Source: Octopus vulgaris
Taxonomy: Eukaryota
Assembly: GCA_951406725.2 (NCBI GenBank)
Contig: OX597817.1
Location: 159,402,001-159,466,000 of the forward strand
DNA length: 64,000 bases
Direction of reading: 5' to 3'
Both the position numbers and the translations under genes were made by a program. Below, piece by piece: positions 37,187-49,167 of the stretch. Under the pieces are notes generated by a model. The model saw only the letters and a list, made by a program, of their open reading frames with translations. It had not been told where the DNA came from and did not search any database. Each line of letters begins with the position of its first letter. Position 1 is the first letter of the stretch.

Positions 37187-39074
37187 CATACATACACATA
37201 CAGACGTTAATGCGGATACTTCTTTCCCCCCCTCTTTCCATTTGTTTATTGTTCCCTAGATAAGGGAACTCTGGAAAAAATGGAAGAATCTTTGACGTTT
37301 CAAGCCTACACTCTACTACAGAAAGGAATGAGGAGAGAAAACAAATGGAAAGAGGGGAAAAAAATATCTGTATTAACATTTACACAAATTAAATTGCAAT
37401 GTGTGTGTGTGTGTGTGTGTGTGTACATATGGATTTTCAGATACTTGTAGAGAAACTTCGGATATAGGAATCAACATTTCATAGTGTCTAAATTCTATGG
37501 TCATTACTCAAGGGACAGAAAAAAATTGGTCTTGAATCAAAATTCAAGATGTGAGTTTATCAAAAAGTTCTCGAGGCTTTGCCCTTTATCTCTGTAGGGA
37601 GACTTGAGGAAAATTAGTCTGTGGTAGTCAAATGATTCTTCCTAACATCGTCACACGAGTACCAAGAATCATGTATTGCTCTCTGGTGAGTCTCAACTTC
37701 TGTGATTGTTCTGGCTTGTTTGGCAAGAGTTGAGGTTTGCATTCTTAAATTGCCCTCAACACTGTGTGCTTGATCTTCAAAGGGCTTTGCTTATCACTAG
37801 AGAAAAGCTCACAAATCTCAAGGACACTCACTTTTGTTCTAACTTAGTGGCATAATCTCCTGCAAGCCAATTAGTTGGTAAATAAAACATGCACATGACA
37901 AATGTATAGGGATGGTCTGATAATTTAGAGAATTAGGTTCATATCCTAAGTCTCATTACACTTTCATTAAACTATGGGTAGTTTCAGGCAAGTTGGTATA
38001 AAAAAGGTAAGGTTAGAAGTTGTAATATTAATTTGGTTGTTAATTAGTGAGCATACTCATTAATTACTGCTTTGTGATCATTTTTGAAGAGACCATTAGT
38101 AACTGTGATCCAATGAAGGAGCCTCTATATAGTTTTCTAGACCTGCTAAATATATCAGCCAAATATCCATCAGGACACACACAAAAAGACAGTATCATCA
38201 TAGCTGCTATGCCTTTCATCATATTTCTACTTATTAGGGACTTACTTAGGGCTAAACAACAACAACAATGATCCTATCCTGTATTGGGATCATTGTTAGT
38301 GATAATTGTGATTTTTTTTATTTATTTATTGATTTTTTTTTATTTTTTAAACCATACATAAGCTGGTCATTTAAATATTTTTAACTTCATTAAAACAATT
38401 ACTTGATTAGCAATTTATGAATTTGGGGATTTGATAAAAATGCTCTTACATTAGTAAGCCACAATGTTGTTTGATTTCTTCTGCAGAAAGTTGGCTATAA
38501 ATTTACTGTAATGTCTTGGATTATGGGAATGTTGCACCAGATCGGAACTGGTTTTTAATTCTGACATGGACCAATTGAGTTTATTTTACAAAACATTTTA
38601 GGGTGAGGAATTTAGCTTGTATATATAATTAACTTTTGAAGGATTTTTTTTTTTTCATCTTCTGTTACAAAGTGGTCTTACTGACTGACCCCTTCTGTTT
38701 ACAGAGTGCTGTTACTGCAAATTTGTGTGGGTGTATAGGTGGTCTATCTCTTATATTAATAGAAATTTGATTGGTTGAAAGGATGTTTGTTCTGGGTATC
38801 ACTGGCTATTCAGAAGACAGTTGAACAGTTTATATAGACTCTAAATACTGTCTCTGGTGGTTCAGTAGAATGGAAAAAAAATATAAAAATATATTTACAA
38901 TAGTGACCCTGTTGTCTATTTCTTTTCCATTTCTTCAATTACTATGTTGGATTTTTCAAACGAGTTTTTGCTACCACCAAAATTATGCTTGGTTTTTGAC
39001 GACTTTTTTTTCATAAAAGATTATTATTGCTGTTATTATTATTGCTGTTATTATTATTACTATTATTATTATTA

Positions 39075-40230
39075 AGGGCGGTGGGTTGGCAAAAATCATT
39101 AGAGCTTTGGACAAACTGCCTTGCCGTATTTGTTCAGGCTCTCTACATTTTGAGTTCAAATCCCACCGAGTTCAAATTTGCCTTTCATTTCCTCCAGGGT
39201 CAATAAAATAAAAGTAGTCAAGTACTGGAGTCACTAGTATCAACTGTTCCCCTCCTCCAAATTTCAGGCTTTGCGCTTATATTAAAAATCATCATCATCA
39301 TCATCATTATTACTACTACTACTTCTACTATTTGGGCAGTGGATGATTTTGTCAGAAATATTAGTGTTAAACTAAATGCTATGCAGTATTTAGTTATGAC
39401 CCTTTATGTTCTGTGTTGAAATTCTATCAAGATTGACTTTGCCTTTCATCTCCCTTGGGTCAATGAAATAAAGTACTTCCCAGTAATCTACTGGGAGTTT
39501 GTGCGGGATAGATTCAATCAATTATTAACTGCCTCCTTCCTCTTCCCATGTATGGCCTTGTGCTCAAGTTAGAGATCAATGTTTTAATTAATATACTTAT
39601 TGTTAAATCATTAGCATGCTGGACAAAGTGCTTAGTGACATTTTGTTTGTCTTTATGTTTGGAGTTCCAATTCCGTCGAGGTCTACTTTGCCTTTTGTCC
39701 TTTCGGGATTGATTGAAAAAAAAAAAGTACCAGTTGAGTACTGGGGTCAATCTAATCAGCTATCCTCTCCCCTAAAAATTTCAGGCCTTGTGCCTACTGT
39801 AGAAAGGATTATTATTATTAGTACACTTAACCCTTTCGTTACTGTATTTATTTTAAGATGCTCTGTGTTTCTCTCAATTATTTTAGATATAAGAAAGAAT
39901 TTAGTAAAATAACTTAGTTACCATTAAGCTAGTGTTAGGAACAGTAATTGTGACTAAGGTTTGGTGGAGGATTTTAATTCAGAACTTATGAAAACAAGCC
40001 AGGTTGGTAATGAAAGGGTTAAGGCAGTGAGCTGGTAGAATCAGTGGCACACACTAGACAAGATGCTTAGCAGCGTTTCATTCATCTTTACATTCTGAGT
40101 TGGAAGTCCACCAAGGTTGACTTTGCCTTTCATCGTTTCAGGTTGATCAAATAAGTGCCGGTTGATGTAATTGACTAGCCCCCCACTCCCCATGAATTTT
40201 CAGGCCTTGTACCTATAGTAGATAGAATTT
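39075..40230 (+). mobile_element. Head-to-tail array of four SINE X copies, with MITE E at 39827-40022
   Basis: four tttgccttt cores, all on +, separated by (ATT)n/(CAT)n. Confidence 0.72.
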
Positions 40231-40595
40231 ATTATCAACTTTTTTTTTTTTTTTTTTTTAATAACACACTTCCCCATCCAATTTTAACTGTGTGTGTAAA
40301 GATTTTGTTTCAAGTTACTGCTGGAAAAAAAAAATCCCAAAGCCCACAAATGTTAGATTTTTTTAGATCCTACCAACATTCAGGTGGCTGATGGGTGTTG
40401 GTGTTGCTGGTCATTGCAAGGATTTCTAGACAAGAAAACAAGAAAACTGCTTGGAAATTTTTGTAAAAAAGAAAACGATAAATAAATATAATAAAAAGCT
40501 TAAAAACTTTATTAGTAAGTTGGATGTAGGTATGCAGTGTACGGTGTAAAAACTTGAGTTTGGAACCAACTGACCCAAGAACTGATGTTTACAGG

Positions 40596-40654
<59 letters not shown>

Positions 40655-41086
40655 CTCTACCTCCTCTTCTTCAACATCCCTTCCCATCCCGTGATGTCTT
40701 TGTTCAAAACTAGCCTTAGCTCTTGGCATCATTCAAAAAATGCTACCTCATCAGAGAGTTCTAGGTTTTAAGTTGTGATTCGAATGAATAAATAAATGAA
40801 TAAATTTAACAAAATATTCAAACAAACAAAAAACAAAAATTATTTATAAAGATTAATTTTTTGAAGATTTTTTTTTTTCCTTTTTTTTTTTTCTGATTTT
40901 CCTCCTCCCCCATTTTTCTTTTAAATTTCTTTTTTGATTTTAAATTAATAAATTAATTTCACTTTCCTGAAGAACTTGTATTGACTTATTTTTCTGTTGT
41001 AACATCTTTGGCATGCCATCAGTGTATCTGTGTGAATGTAAACAAACAAACAAACAAACATACATACCTACACATGTTTGTGTGTG

Positions 41087-41445
41087 CAGGTGTAGCTGCA
41101 TGGTAAAAAGCTTCCTAACCACAGGGCTCTGGGTTCCATCCCACTGCATAGCACCTTGGGCAAGGGTCTTCTATTAAAGCCATGGACCTTGAGTGGATTT
41201 GGTAGATGGAAACTGAAAGAAGCTCAGTGTGTGTGTGTGTGTTAGGTTTGTCCCCACCACTACCACTGCTTGGCAACCACTATTGGTGTTTATGTCCCTG
41301 TAGCTTAGTGGTTCAGCAAAAATGACGCCCCAAAATAAGTACCAGGCTTTAAAAAGTAAGTCCTGGAGTTGATTTGTTTGACAAATGCTTCAAGGTGATG
41401 CCTCAGCATGGCTGCAGTCAAATGACTGAAACCATTAAAAGATAA
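41087..41445 (+). mobile_element. SINE family A, diverged
   Basis: cttgggcaag...gagtggatttggtagatggaaactgaaagaag...cagtcaaatgactgaaac. Confidence 0.75.
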
Positions 41446-41574
41446 GATATATATTTCTTAGGCATTGTGATACTAAGAACTTGATATACATAGGCTTCTG
41501 AATGAACCATTAGTTGAGTATTGAGTGGTAACGAGAAAAAGAGATGACAAAGAAATAAACATAAATATGTGTGC

Positions 41575-41618
<44 letters not shown>

Positions 41619-41627
41619 GTTCAACAA

Positions 41628-42003
41628 AAATTTAGATTCAGATGAATATGGTACTTAAGTTAAAGGCACCAGAATTTGGTGTGGTTTATCCGTACAAATC
41701 AAATGGGGTGATTATAATCAAAATAAGCAACAAGGATATCCAAAGGTAGTGTAGTACAATCGTTTCATACTACTTTATTTAATTAAACAATGTAAGTATT
41801 ACATCAGTTTTAAAATGTACCCTCTTTGTAATCTTGGCAAATGGAATAAGTATAAAAATGAACATTGTCAATTTCATTAAAAAATTCCATATGTGGCTGA
41901 AGAGTGCTTTACATTTTAAAACTGATGTAATACATTGTTTAATTAAGTATCATGAAATGATTGTACTACACTACCTTTGGATATCCTTGTTGCTTATTTT
42001 GAT

Positions 42004-42007
<4 letters not shown>
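41628..42007. repeat. (TA)n-flanked palindromic element; related copies at 22551-22700 and 23198-24100
   Basis: arms 41713-41819 and 41910-42007 are near reverse complements. Confidence 0.75.
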
Positions 42008-42039
<32 letters not shown>

Positions 42040-42040
<1 letters not shown>

Positions 42041-42270
42041 GTAAAAACACCATCCGTTTGTGGCCGTTTGCCAGCTCTGTCTGGCACCTGTACGGGTGGC
42101 ACGTAAAAAGCACCCACTACACTCACGGAGTGGTTGGCGTTAGGAAGGGCATCCAGCCATAGAAACACTGCCAGATCTGACTGGGCCTGACGAAGCCTTC
42201 CAGCTTCACAGACCCCAGTTGAACCGTCCAACCCATGCTAGCATGGAAAGCGGACGCTAAATGATGATAT
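42040..42270 (+). mobile_element. Repeat family G
   Basis: reverse complement of 22105-22330. Confidence 0.78.
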
Positions 42271-42299
42271 ATATATATATATATATGGGAAAATCGAAG

Positions 42300-42700
42300 G
42301 CTACCCATGGAACTTCAACGTAAGACTTATTTTCCTTTGAGGAGAGCTTAAAGAAACCAACCTTATTTTCAAATTTGAAAGATGTAGCGGCTGTATTGTA
42401 ATGTTGTTCCCTAATAGGCAAAGAGAACATCCGAAGCTGTTGTTATCAGCAGGCATAGTGTCAATTATTGACTAAAGAGATCCTTATCCTTCAAATACTA
42501 TATGTACAGTTTTTTTCTTGTTTTATATTCTGGTGTTAAGGAATGAGTGTGCTGCTTGTATCTGTGCTTAAAAGTATTCCCGGTGGGACTTATATAGAAT
42601 TTTGATCTGACGTTGTGAAGGCTTTAGTGCAGTAGACAATGCACTTTTTATGGCGTTTACTGTGCTGAGGGAAAGTGTTACAAAGGTGATTGTACAGCAA
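42300..42700 (-). mobile_element. Decayed GIY-YIG endonuclease region of a Penelope-like element
   Basis: frameshifted motifs CIVYC, FYISPTGNTFKHRYKQHTHS (42541-42600), YLKDK and CSLCLL in the order expected for a PLE endonuclease. Confidence 0.55.
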
Positions 42701-42784
42701 AAAAGAATCTTATGTGATTATAGGTGCTAATATATTTCTGCTAGTTCAAGCTAAAGACGAGGCAATACTGATGGGGAAGATAAA

Positions 42785-43270
42785 TTCAATAAAGCAAGAA
42801 TTTATCTTTTACGAGACATCTCGCAGATGCTCTGAGACGCATTGTCAGTGATGTTTCTGGGATCTCATTGGGTTCCGGGCCTTTCAACGTCAGATTTCTC
42901 TCGCTTAGTTGATCCAGAAAGGGTCGATGAGTCCCAGCTTGCATCTCAATAGTAGCAAACCACTGGTCTGCCCTCTTTATCCAAGGCCGTCTAGTGGCTT
43001 TCTCTACAGCTACAGTGATGGAATGTATAGTTTTTCTCTTAACTGTAACTCCAAGCCCTGTGTAAGCTTTGCTGAATGCACGCCCTACAAAATCTCGGCA
43101 GCTCACCTCAATTGCCTCGCAACATGCCTGCCAGCCCCGATCGATTTCTGCATTGCTCTATTTCGCAAGCTTCAGCTCATAAGCATCCTCCGTGTATTTC
43201 TTCGAGGGTATATTCAGTTTCCACATGATCACCCGTTTGATAGAATTTGAGATCACTACAAACTGACAAG
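42785..43270 (-). mobile_element. 3' end of a HERO-like non-LTR retrotransposon (restriction-like endonuclease) with 3' UTR
   Basis: reads DAYELKLAK*...RGWQACCEAIEVSCRDFVGRAFSKAYTGLGVT...AVEKATRRPWIKRADQW, resembling the IEVGCRGF...AEKATRWLWIKR C-terminus of HERO-type ORFs. Confidence 0.65.
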
Positions 43271-43273
43271 AGT

Positions 43274-43501
43274 TTAACCCTTTAGTATTTAAACCGGCCA
43301 TATCCGGCCAAAATATTTAATCTGTTTTATGTTCAAACTGACCAGATCCAGGCTCTCACACCTACCCTACAATGTTATTCTACATTAAGTAATTACACCA
43401 TCAAGATCTTGAAGATAAGAGATAATGCATGATTAATTCAAAATCAATGTGAATCAATAGGCATTATGTTTGATAGAATAATCTGAACACTAAAGGGTTA
43501 A
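43274..43501. mobile_element. MITE family D
   Basis: TIRs ttaaccctttagt and actaaagggttaa. Confidence 0.85.
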
Positions 43502-44299
43502 ATAGTACAGTTGCTGGTGTGTTGTTGACGCCTCTCGATGCAGAAACACGTATTCACAGCTGTCTTCTTGTCTCCAGACAATCAGACTGTCTTTTCTTCA
43601 AGGGCTTAAAAATTTTATAGAACTCTTGTTTCTTGAGATATCTTACTATCTCATTTAGCAGTTGGTTCGAAGTAGTTCTTTACTTTTTTCTCGAAAGGAA
43701 GATAATTTCAACAGTTCGAGAATTTATCTTGCAAAGTATTTAATGATCTGTCAATGGTCTTTATTATGTATGTGTGTGTGTGTGTGTGAGAGAGAGAAAG
43801 AGAGATTGTGTGTATATGCATATATATGTATGCATTTGTATGTGTATATACTCATATTTATATTAAAAAATATGTATGTATGTATACATATTTATTTATA
43901 AACAGCTGCTCTTTCAAACATGATTTGAAAACCACGAATATTTTCAGGTTTTATAAATTTTGTGAAACTTTTCATATTTTCTTATTGGTCTTTTATTTTG
44001 GATATAAATCATTAGCATTTCTAAATTCATGAATCCATTAACATTTCGAAACTAACCCAACTCTATCCTCAGAATAAGATGATGGCAGAGGGTAGAGTTG
44101 GCGAATTTTGGTAAGAATGGAATTTTTGAAGGATCCAACAAACAACTCAGATGCTGCAATAATATTTTTGCGTGAAAATATGCATGCTTGTATGTGTGTG
44201 TGTGTGTGCATATGTGTGTGTACGTGTGTGTGTCTGTGCGCGGATGGGCGTATGTAGAATTGCCAAAAGTACACAGCATGATAAGGAAGTACTCACCAG

Positions 44300-44760
44300 A
44301 CAGATACAGCATATGATCCTCTGATGAATTCTTAGAAATTCTACGGGAAACTCATGGTGGAAATTTTACCAATTTCATCAATGTTTGATGGCCAAAATCT
44401 TTTCACCAACGTTCCAATAACGAAAACTAAAAACAAAATCTGGATACCGTGTACCTACACCATACAATAACACCAGCTGCTGTACCAAGACAGATTATAA
44501 AAATGTTTCCTGTGGCCCGCACAACTGACGTTTCCTTCTGCTGTCCACAATGTATTCCATAAACCCAGAATTTCTATGGGTTCTCCGCTCTGTTCCACAC
44601 TCACGGAATTCTACGTTGTTAACGTAGAAAACAAAACCGTTCCCAAATATAATCACTTTATCAACAGCATGTACGTTGACAACATATTCGATTGTAACAG
44701 ATGCAAACGAGTAGAAAGACAGAGATAAAGATTTTGAAAATAACTTATGCCCTTACATTT
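44300..44760 (+). mobile_element. Decayed Penelope-like reverse transcriptase fragment
   Basis: SSDEFLEILR, LFTNVP (44399-44416), MGSPL (44576-44590) and YVDNIF (44672-44689, degenerate YVDD); contains frameshifts and stops. Confidence 0.75.
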
Positions 44761-44777
44761 ACGATTCATTGTAGCTC

Positions 44778-45097
44778 TTTTTCTTTTTCGCCCTTTTCAA
44801 GCCTAGCCAGGCTTGTGGGCCCGGTTTCCTGGTTTCTGTGGCATATGTGTTCTGCACCCCCCTGCTGGATGGGACGCCAGTCCATCGCAGCGTTACTCAG
44901 GAAACAGGAAGAGAGAGTGAAAGAAAGTTGTGGCGAATGAGTACAGCAGGGGTCACCACCACCACCCCCTGCCGGAGCCTCGTCGTGCTTTTAGGTGTTT
45001 TCGCTCAATAAACACACACAACGCCTAGTCTGGGAATCAAAACCGCGATCCTTCGACCGCAAGTCTGCTGCCCTAACCACTGGGCCATTGCGCCTCC
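44778..45097 (-). mobile_element. SINE with head B and tail 2
   Basis: reverse complement of 7767-8075 with an intact ggaggcgcaatggcccagtgg head. Confidence 0.85.
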
Positions 45098-45117
45098 ACC
45101 ATCGTACCTCAAGTTAG

Positions 45118-45480
45118 TTCATATTACTCAGTAAAGAGCAAAGGGCCGCGACTATTTCATGCCAGTGAACGCGATCTTGGGCTACTTTCTTGATTTCAGA
45201 CCAAGAAAGACCGATTGCTTTCGCTTCATCCTCCATACACACTTCCCAAGTCTTCTTAGGTCGTTTAAATCTCTTCTTTCCTTCAAGTTGCGAGTCTAAC
45301 ACGTGTCTTACTATGCTGCTTGGCAGTTTCCTGAGAATATTACCAATCTAGCCCCTTTCCCTTTTCAGAATTTCTTGTTTGATGGGCGTTTGGTTCGTTC
45401 TATACCACAGACTTCTGTTTGAAATCTTGTCTGGCCACCAGATCTTGAGGATGTAGCATAGACTTTTTGTTGACGAAGGT
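45118..45480 (-). mobile_element. RTE-clade LINE C-terminal fragment
   Basis: reads ILKIWWPDKISNRSLWYRTNQTPIKQEI...IGNILRK...EGKKRFKRPKKTW...GLSWSEIKKVAQDRVHWHEIVAALC. Confidence 0.8.
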
Positions 45481-45637
45481 CTATAGCTTACTCTTAGCTC
45501 TAATTTTTCTAAATTCACAGCAACAATAGATATAGCACTTCAGTTAACACAAAAGCCAGATGAATATCCACGGATATGTTTAACTGACATATCTTCGCGG
45601 TCCTAACTTCTCTGTACTATAACTGATTTATGGTATG

Positions 45638-46047
45638 CAGTAACCCCTTGACTATCGTGGGTGTTACGTTCCAGATCCCTCTGCGATAAGTCAAAATCCG
45701 CGAAGTAGAAACAATACTGTATATTTTTTTTAATATTATTCTTATAATTTGTATATATTTTATTTTAATTATAAATGCAAAACAACACCATACACTCACC
45801 TCCCGAGTTTTATTTTCCATACAGTATGTGCGATTCTTTAATATGTTATACAGAGCAGTACTGTATTTTTATTTATAAATTCATTAACTTTTAGGCATGA
45901 AAATGCTTATTTAACCACAGAAATAATGAAAACCTAAACAAATATAAATACCTATCGGCCACAGAAACCCGCGATATACTGAGGAGTCTGCCATATAAAA
46001 TTATATATTAGCCAGAAAAATCCACGATATGGCGAGTGATTAGTGTA
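45638..46047. mobile_element. Probable pogo/Tigger-type MITE remnant
   Basis: starts cagtaacccc...tatcgtgggtgttacgttccag; repeated ccgcgata-like motifs; right end is degenerate. Confidence 0.4.
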
Positions 46048-46968
46048 TCAGGAATTTATCTGCCCTCAACCATTCTAATTCAAATCAATTAAAATAAAGC
46101 CGTTTCTGGTGGAATTTTTGCTTGATATCTAGAAGCTTATTTTCAGGAATTTCTAAACTAAATCCATTATCGTATTTGACGGCATTCAAGACGCCCTTCT
46201 TCCCAAATAGTTTTTAAAAATTCGCCACGGGTCATAGATGCGAAGCTGAGCCTTCCATAAGATAATTTCGTCTCTGATGCTCACTTACTCCTAGATCAGT
46301 GCTGCTGAAATTGAGGTGCGTCTTTCATGCCACGAAATACGGTGGTCCATCAACACTTCGAAGCTATTTCATCTCCGTTTTCAGAATGAAATGATCATAG
46401 AATAGCATTTTTGCACACGCTTTGGGCTGGCGAACAAAGGATCGTGGGAATGCTGGTTTATTTTCATCAAAATAATATTTGTGTTCGAGTGTCCTGAAGC
46501 CCCCAAAAGCATTGTTTTGTTATGCGACTGTCTCCTGGGCACAACAAACCTATTATATTGGAAAATAAGCTGTCTTTAACCAGTTGGTATTTAGAAATGC
46601 CTCAACAATAATTTACCAATTCTGAACTTTTCATCAAAGTTACCGAAGGTTGTAACAGGATACTTATGTTACTCTAGTAAACAAAGATGAAGGTGTACAA
46701 ATTAAAGTAGGGCCAAGGGACAAGTATTCGATTGTAAATTTTATGCTTGTTCACATTGGTTTCAAATTTTGCAACGAGGCCAGCAATTCCGAGGGAAAGG
46801 GCAAGTCAGTTACACTACCCCCCCAGTTCTTTTTTTTTTTTTTTTTATGGAACCCAACTCAGAACGTAAAGTCGGAAGAAATGCCACTAAGTGTTGCGCC
46901 CGATGCGATAACGCCTCTGCCAGCTCGCCGCCTTGTTAATACTATCATATTAGTATTATTATTATACT

Positions 46969-47350
46969 GGAGGCGCAATGGCCCAGTGGTTAGGGCAGCG
47001 GACTCACGGTCATAGGATCGCGGCTTCGATTCCCAGACCGAGCGTTGTGAGTGTTTATTGAGCGAAAAACACCTAAAGCTCCACAAGGCTCCGACAGGGA
47101 TGGTCGTGATCCCTGCTGTACTCTTTCACCACAACTTTCTCTCACTCTTACTTCCTGTTTCTGTTGTACCTGTATTTCAAGGGGCCGGCTTTGTCACTCT
47201 GTGTCACGCTGAATATCCCCGAGAACTACGTTAAGGGTACACGTGTCTGTGGAGTGCTCAGCCACTTACACGTTAATTTCACAAGCAGGCTGTTCCGTTG
47301 ATTCGGATCAACCGGAACCCTCGTCGTCGTAACCGACGGAGTGCTTCCAC
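46969..47350 (+). mobile_element. SINE family B (head B, tail 1)
   Basis: near-identical to 36067-36457. Confidence 0.9.
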
Positions 47351-47353
47351 ATA

Positions 47354-48198
47354 CAGAGTATTTCAAAAAATTTGATATCATTTCGCAATATAACTTTGCC
47401 AGTTCTTGTTCAAATGGCTTCAAATTTTAACAGCATATGTAGAAACAGTTCAAAATTTTATGCGTAATGTTTGATATGTTTATCTTTTCAGGTAAAGAAA
47501 TGGCATTCACTGGAAGAGAAAAGGTGTTTTATGTGTTGGAGTATGCTCGAACACAGTCGAACAAGACTGTGCAAGAGAGAGTTCTCTAAAGAGTCACCAA
47601 TGGCAATGCAGATTTGGACATGGCACAAAAAATTCAAAGCGGAAGGCTATCTGTGCAGGACAAAAGGATCTGGACGACCACTAACATCGGAACAGACGGT
47701 CGAGCGGGTTTGCCAAAAACTCTTGCGAAGCCCCAAGAAGTCCATAAGAAGAACAAGTCTGGAAACCCAGATTCCTCCAATGAGTTTGGCACTTCCGGAG
47801 GATATACGCTTGCTAATGAAACCCTACAAGCTGGTTATAACGGCAAATGCAAGCGAAAGTGCAAACATGGGGCTATGCGAAGGACCCGGTCTATGCCCGC
47901 CTCCTATTCCTGCAAACCTAGAGGAACTCGAGCAGAGAATCACTACTGCAACTGGAGACTGTTACCCAAGACATACTGCAGCGTGTTGGAGAGGAGCTGG
48001 ACTACCATGTTTGTCGTATCTCAGGTGGTGCTCATATTGAACATTTGTGAAATCGTTCATGGAATCCACATACCTTTGAATTTCTCATTCAAATTTGGAG
48101 GAATAATTCTTATGTTGCTCAACATTAAGCCTGTTTAGTTTCATTTACTTTGTGTAGTTTCTGTGATATTTACATCTCAAATTTTTTGAAAAACCCTG
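47354..48198 (+). mobile_element. Internally deleted Tc1/mariner-superfamily transposon
   Basis: TA flanks; TIRs cagagtatttcaaaaaatttga and tcaaattttttgaaaaaccctg; frameshifted transposase MAFTGREKVFYVLEYARTQS...IWTWHKKFK...GSGRP...RSPKKSIRR joined to the C-terminus PANLEELEQRI...GGAHIEHL; DDD catalytic core absent. Confidence 0.85.
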
Positions 48199-48949
48199 TA
48201 TATTACCAGAATCTATTTTTAAAGGGAGTTTTAGTAAGCCGGATCACATACTGAAAAGGCACACACATAGTATACCCTATTTACTAGAAACGACCGCTAG
48301 CTGAAACAAACAGCAATGATAATGTAAAGTATTGGCAGTAATGCAATGTTAGTCACCTTACCAACAGGAATCCTTTAAGTCAATCAGCAGTTGGAGATAT
48401 TCTGAACAATGGCACAATTTTATATCCTATGCATTAATTACTCCAATTTTCTGGATTTGTCCAATACTGACATAAGTTGACTTTATGGTAACCAGAACCA
48501 CCTTGTATTAGTGTACATTCTCATTATCTTTTTAACATCCACTTTTTCATGCTTGTATGGGTTAGACAGTATAGTGAGACAAATTTGTCTGTGGCCGGAA
48601 GCCTTTCCTGTCACAATCACCTGTTTCCAAGTAATTTAATATTTGCCCATGGCAAGATGTGTTCTCACAAAATATTGGAAATGAACGACATTGCCTGTAT
48701 GACAGTGACACTCATTTACACCACGCGATGTCAATACAAGGAGACAGAAATATGCATACATGGGCTTTTTTTTCAGTTTCTGTTTACGTAACCGACTCAC
48801 AAGCTTTGATCAGCCTGGATCTATAGTACAAGCCAATTGCCCCATGGTACCATGCAGTGGGACTGAACTCCAAACCTTGTGGTGGGAAGCAAACCTCTTA
48901 AACATACACATTCAGATGAAATGAAAACTAAGGAGTTGCACTTTCACCC

Positions 48950-49167
48950 TTAACCCTTTCATTACCAACCCAGCTGAAACCGGCTCTGGTTCTGTAGTAC
49001 AAATGTCTTGTTTTCATAAACAGGTTCCACCAAACCTTAGTCACAATTTATGTTTCTAACACTAGCTTAATGATAACTCAGTTATTTTTCTAAATTCTTT
49101 GTTATATTTAAAGTAATTGAAAGAAACACAGAGCATCCCAAAATAAATACTGTAACGAAAGGGTTAA
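48950..49167. mobile_element. MITE family E, opposite orientation
   Basis: TIRs ttaaccctttcattac and gtaacgaaagggttaa. Confidence 0.85.

Noticed and set aside
47471-48138. 189-aa and 174-aa ORFs as host genes
   Set aside because: Frameshifted transposase remnant between TIRs, lacking the catalytic domain.
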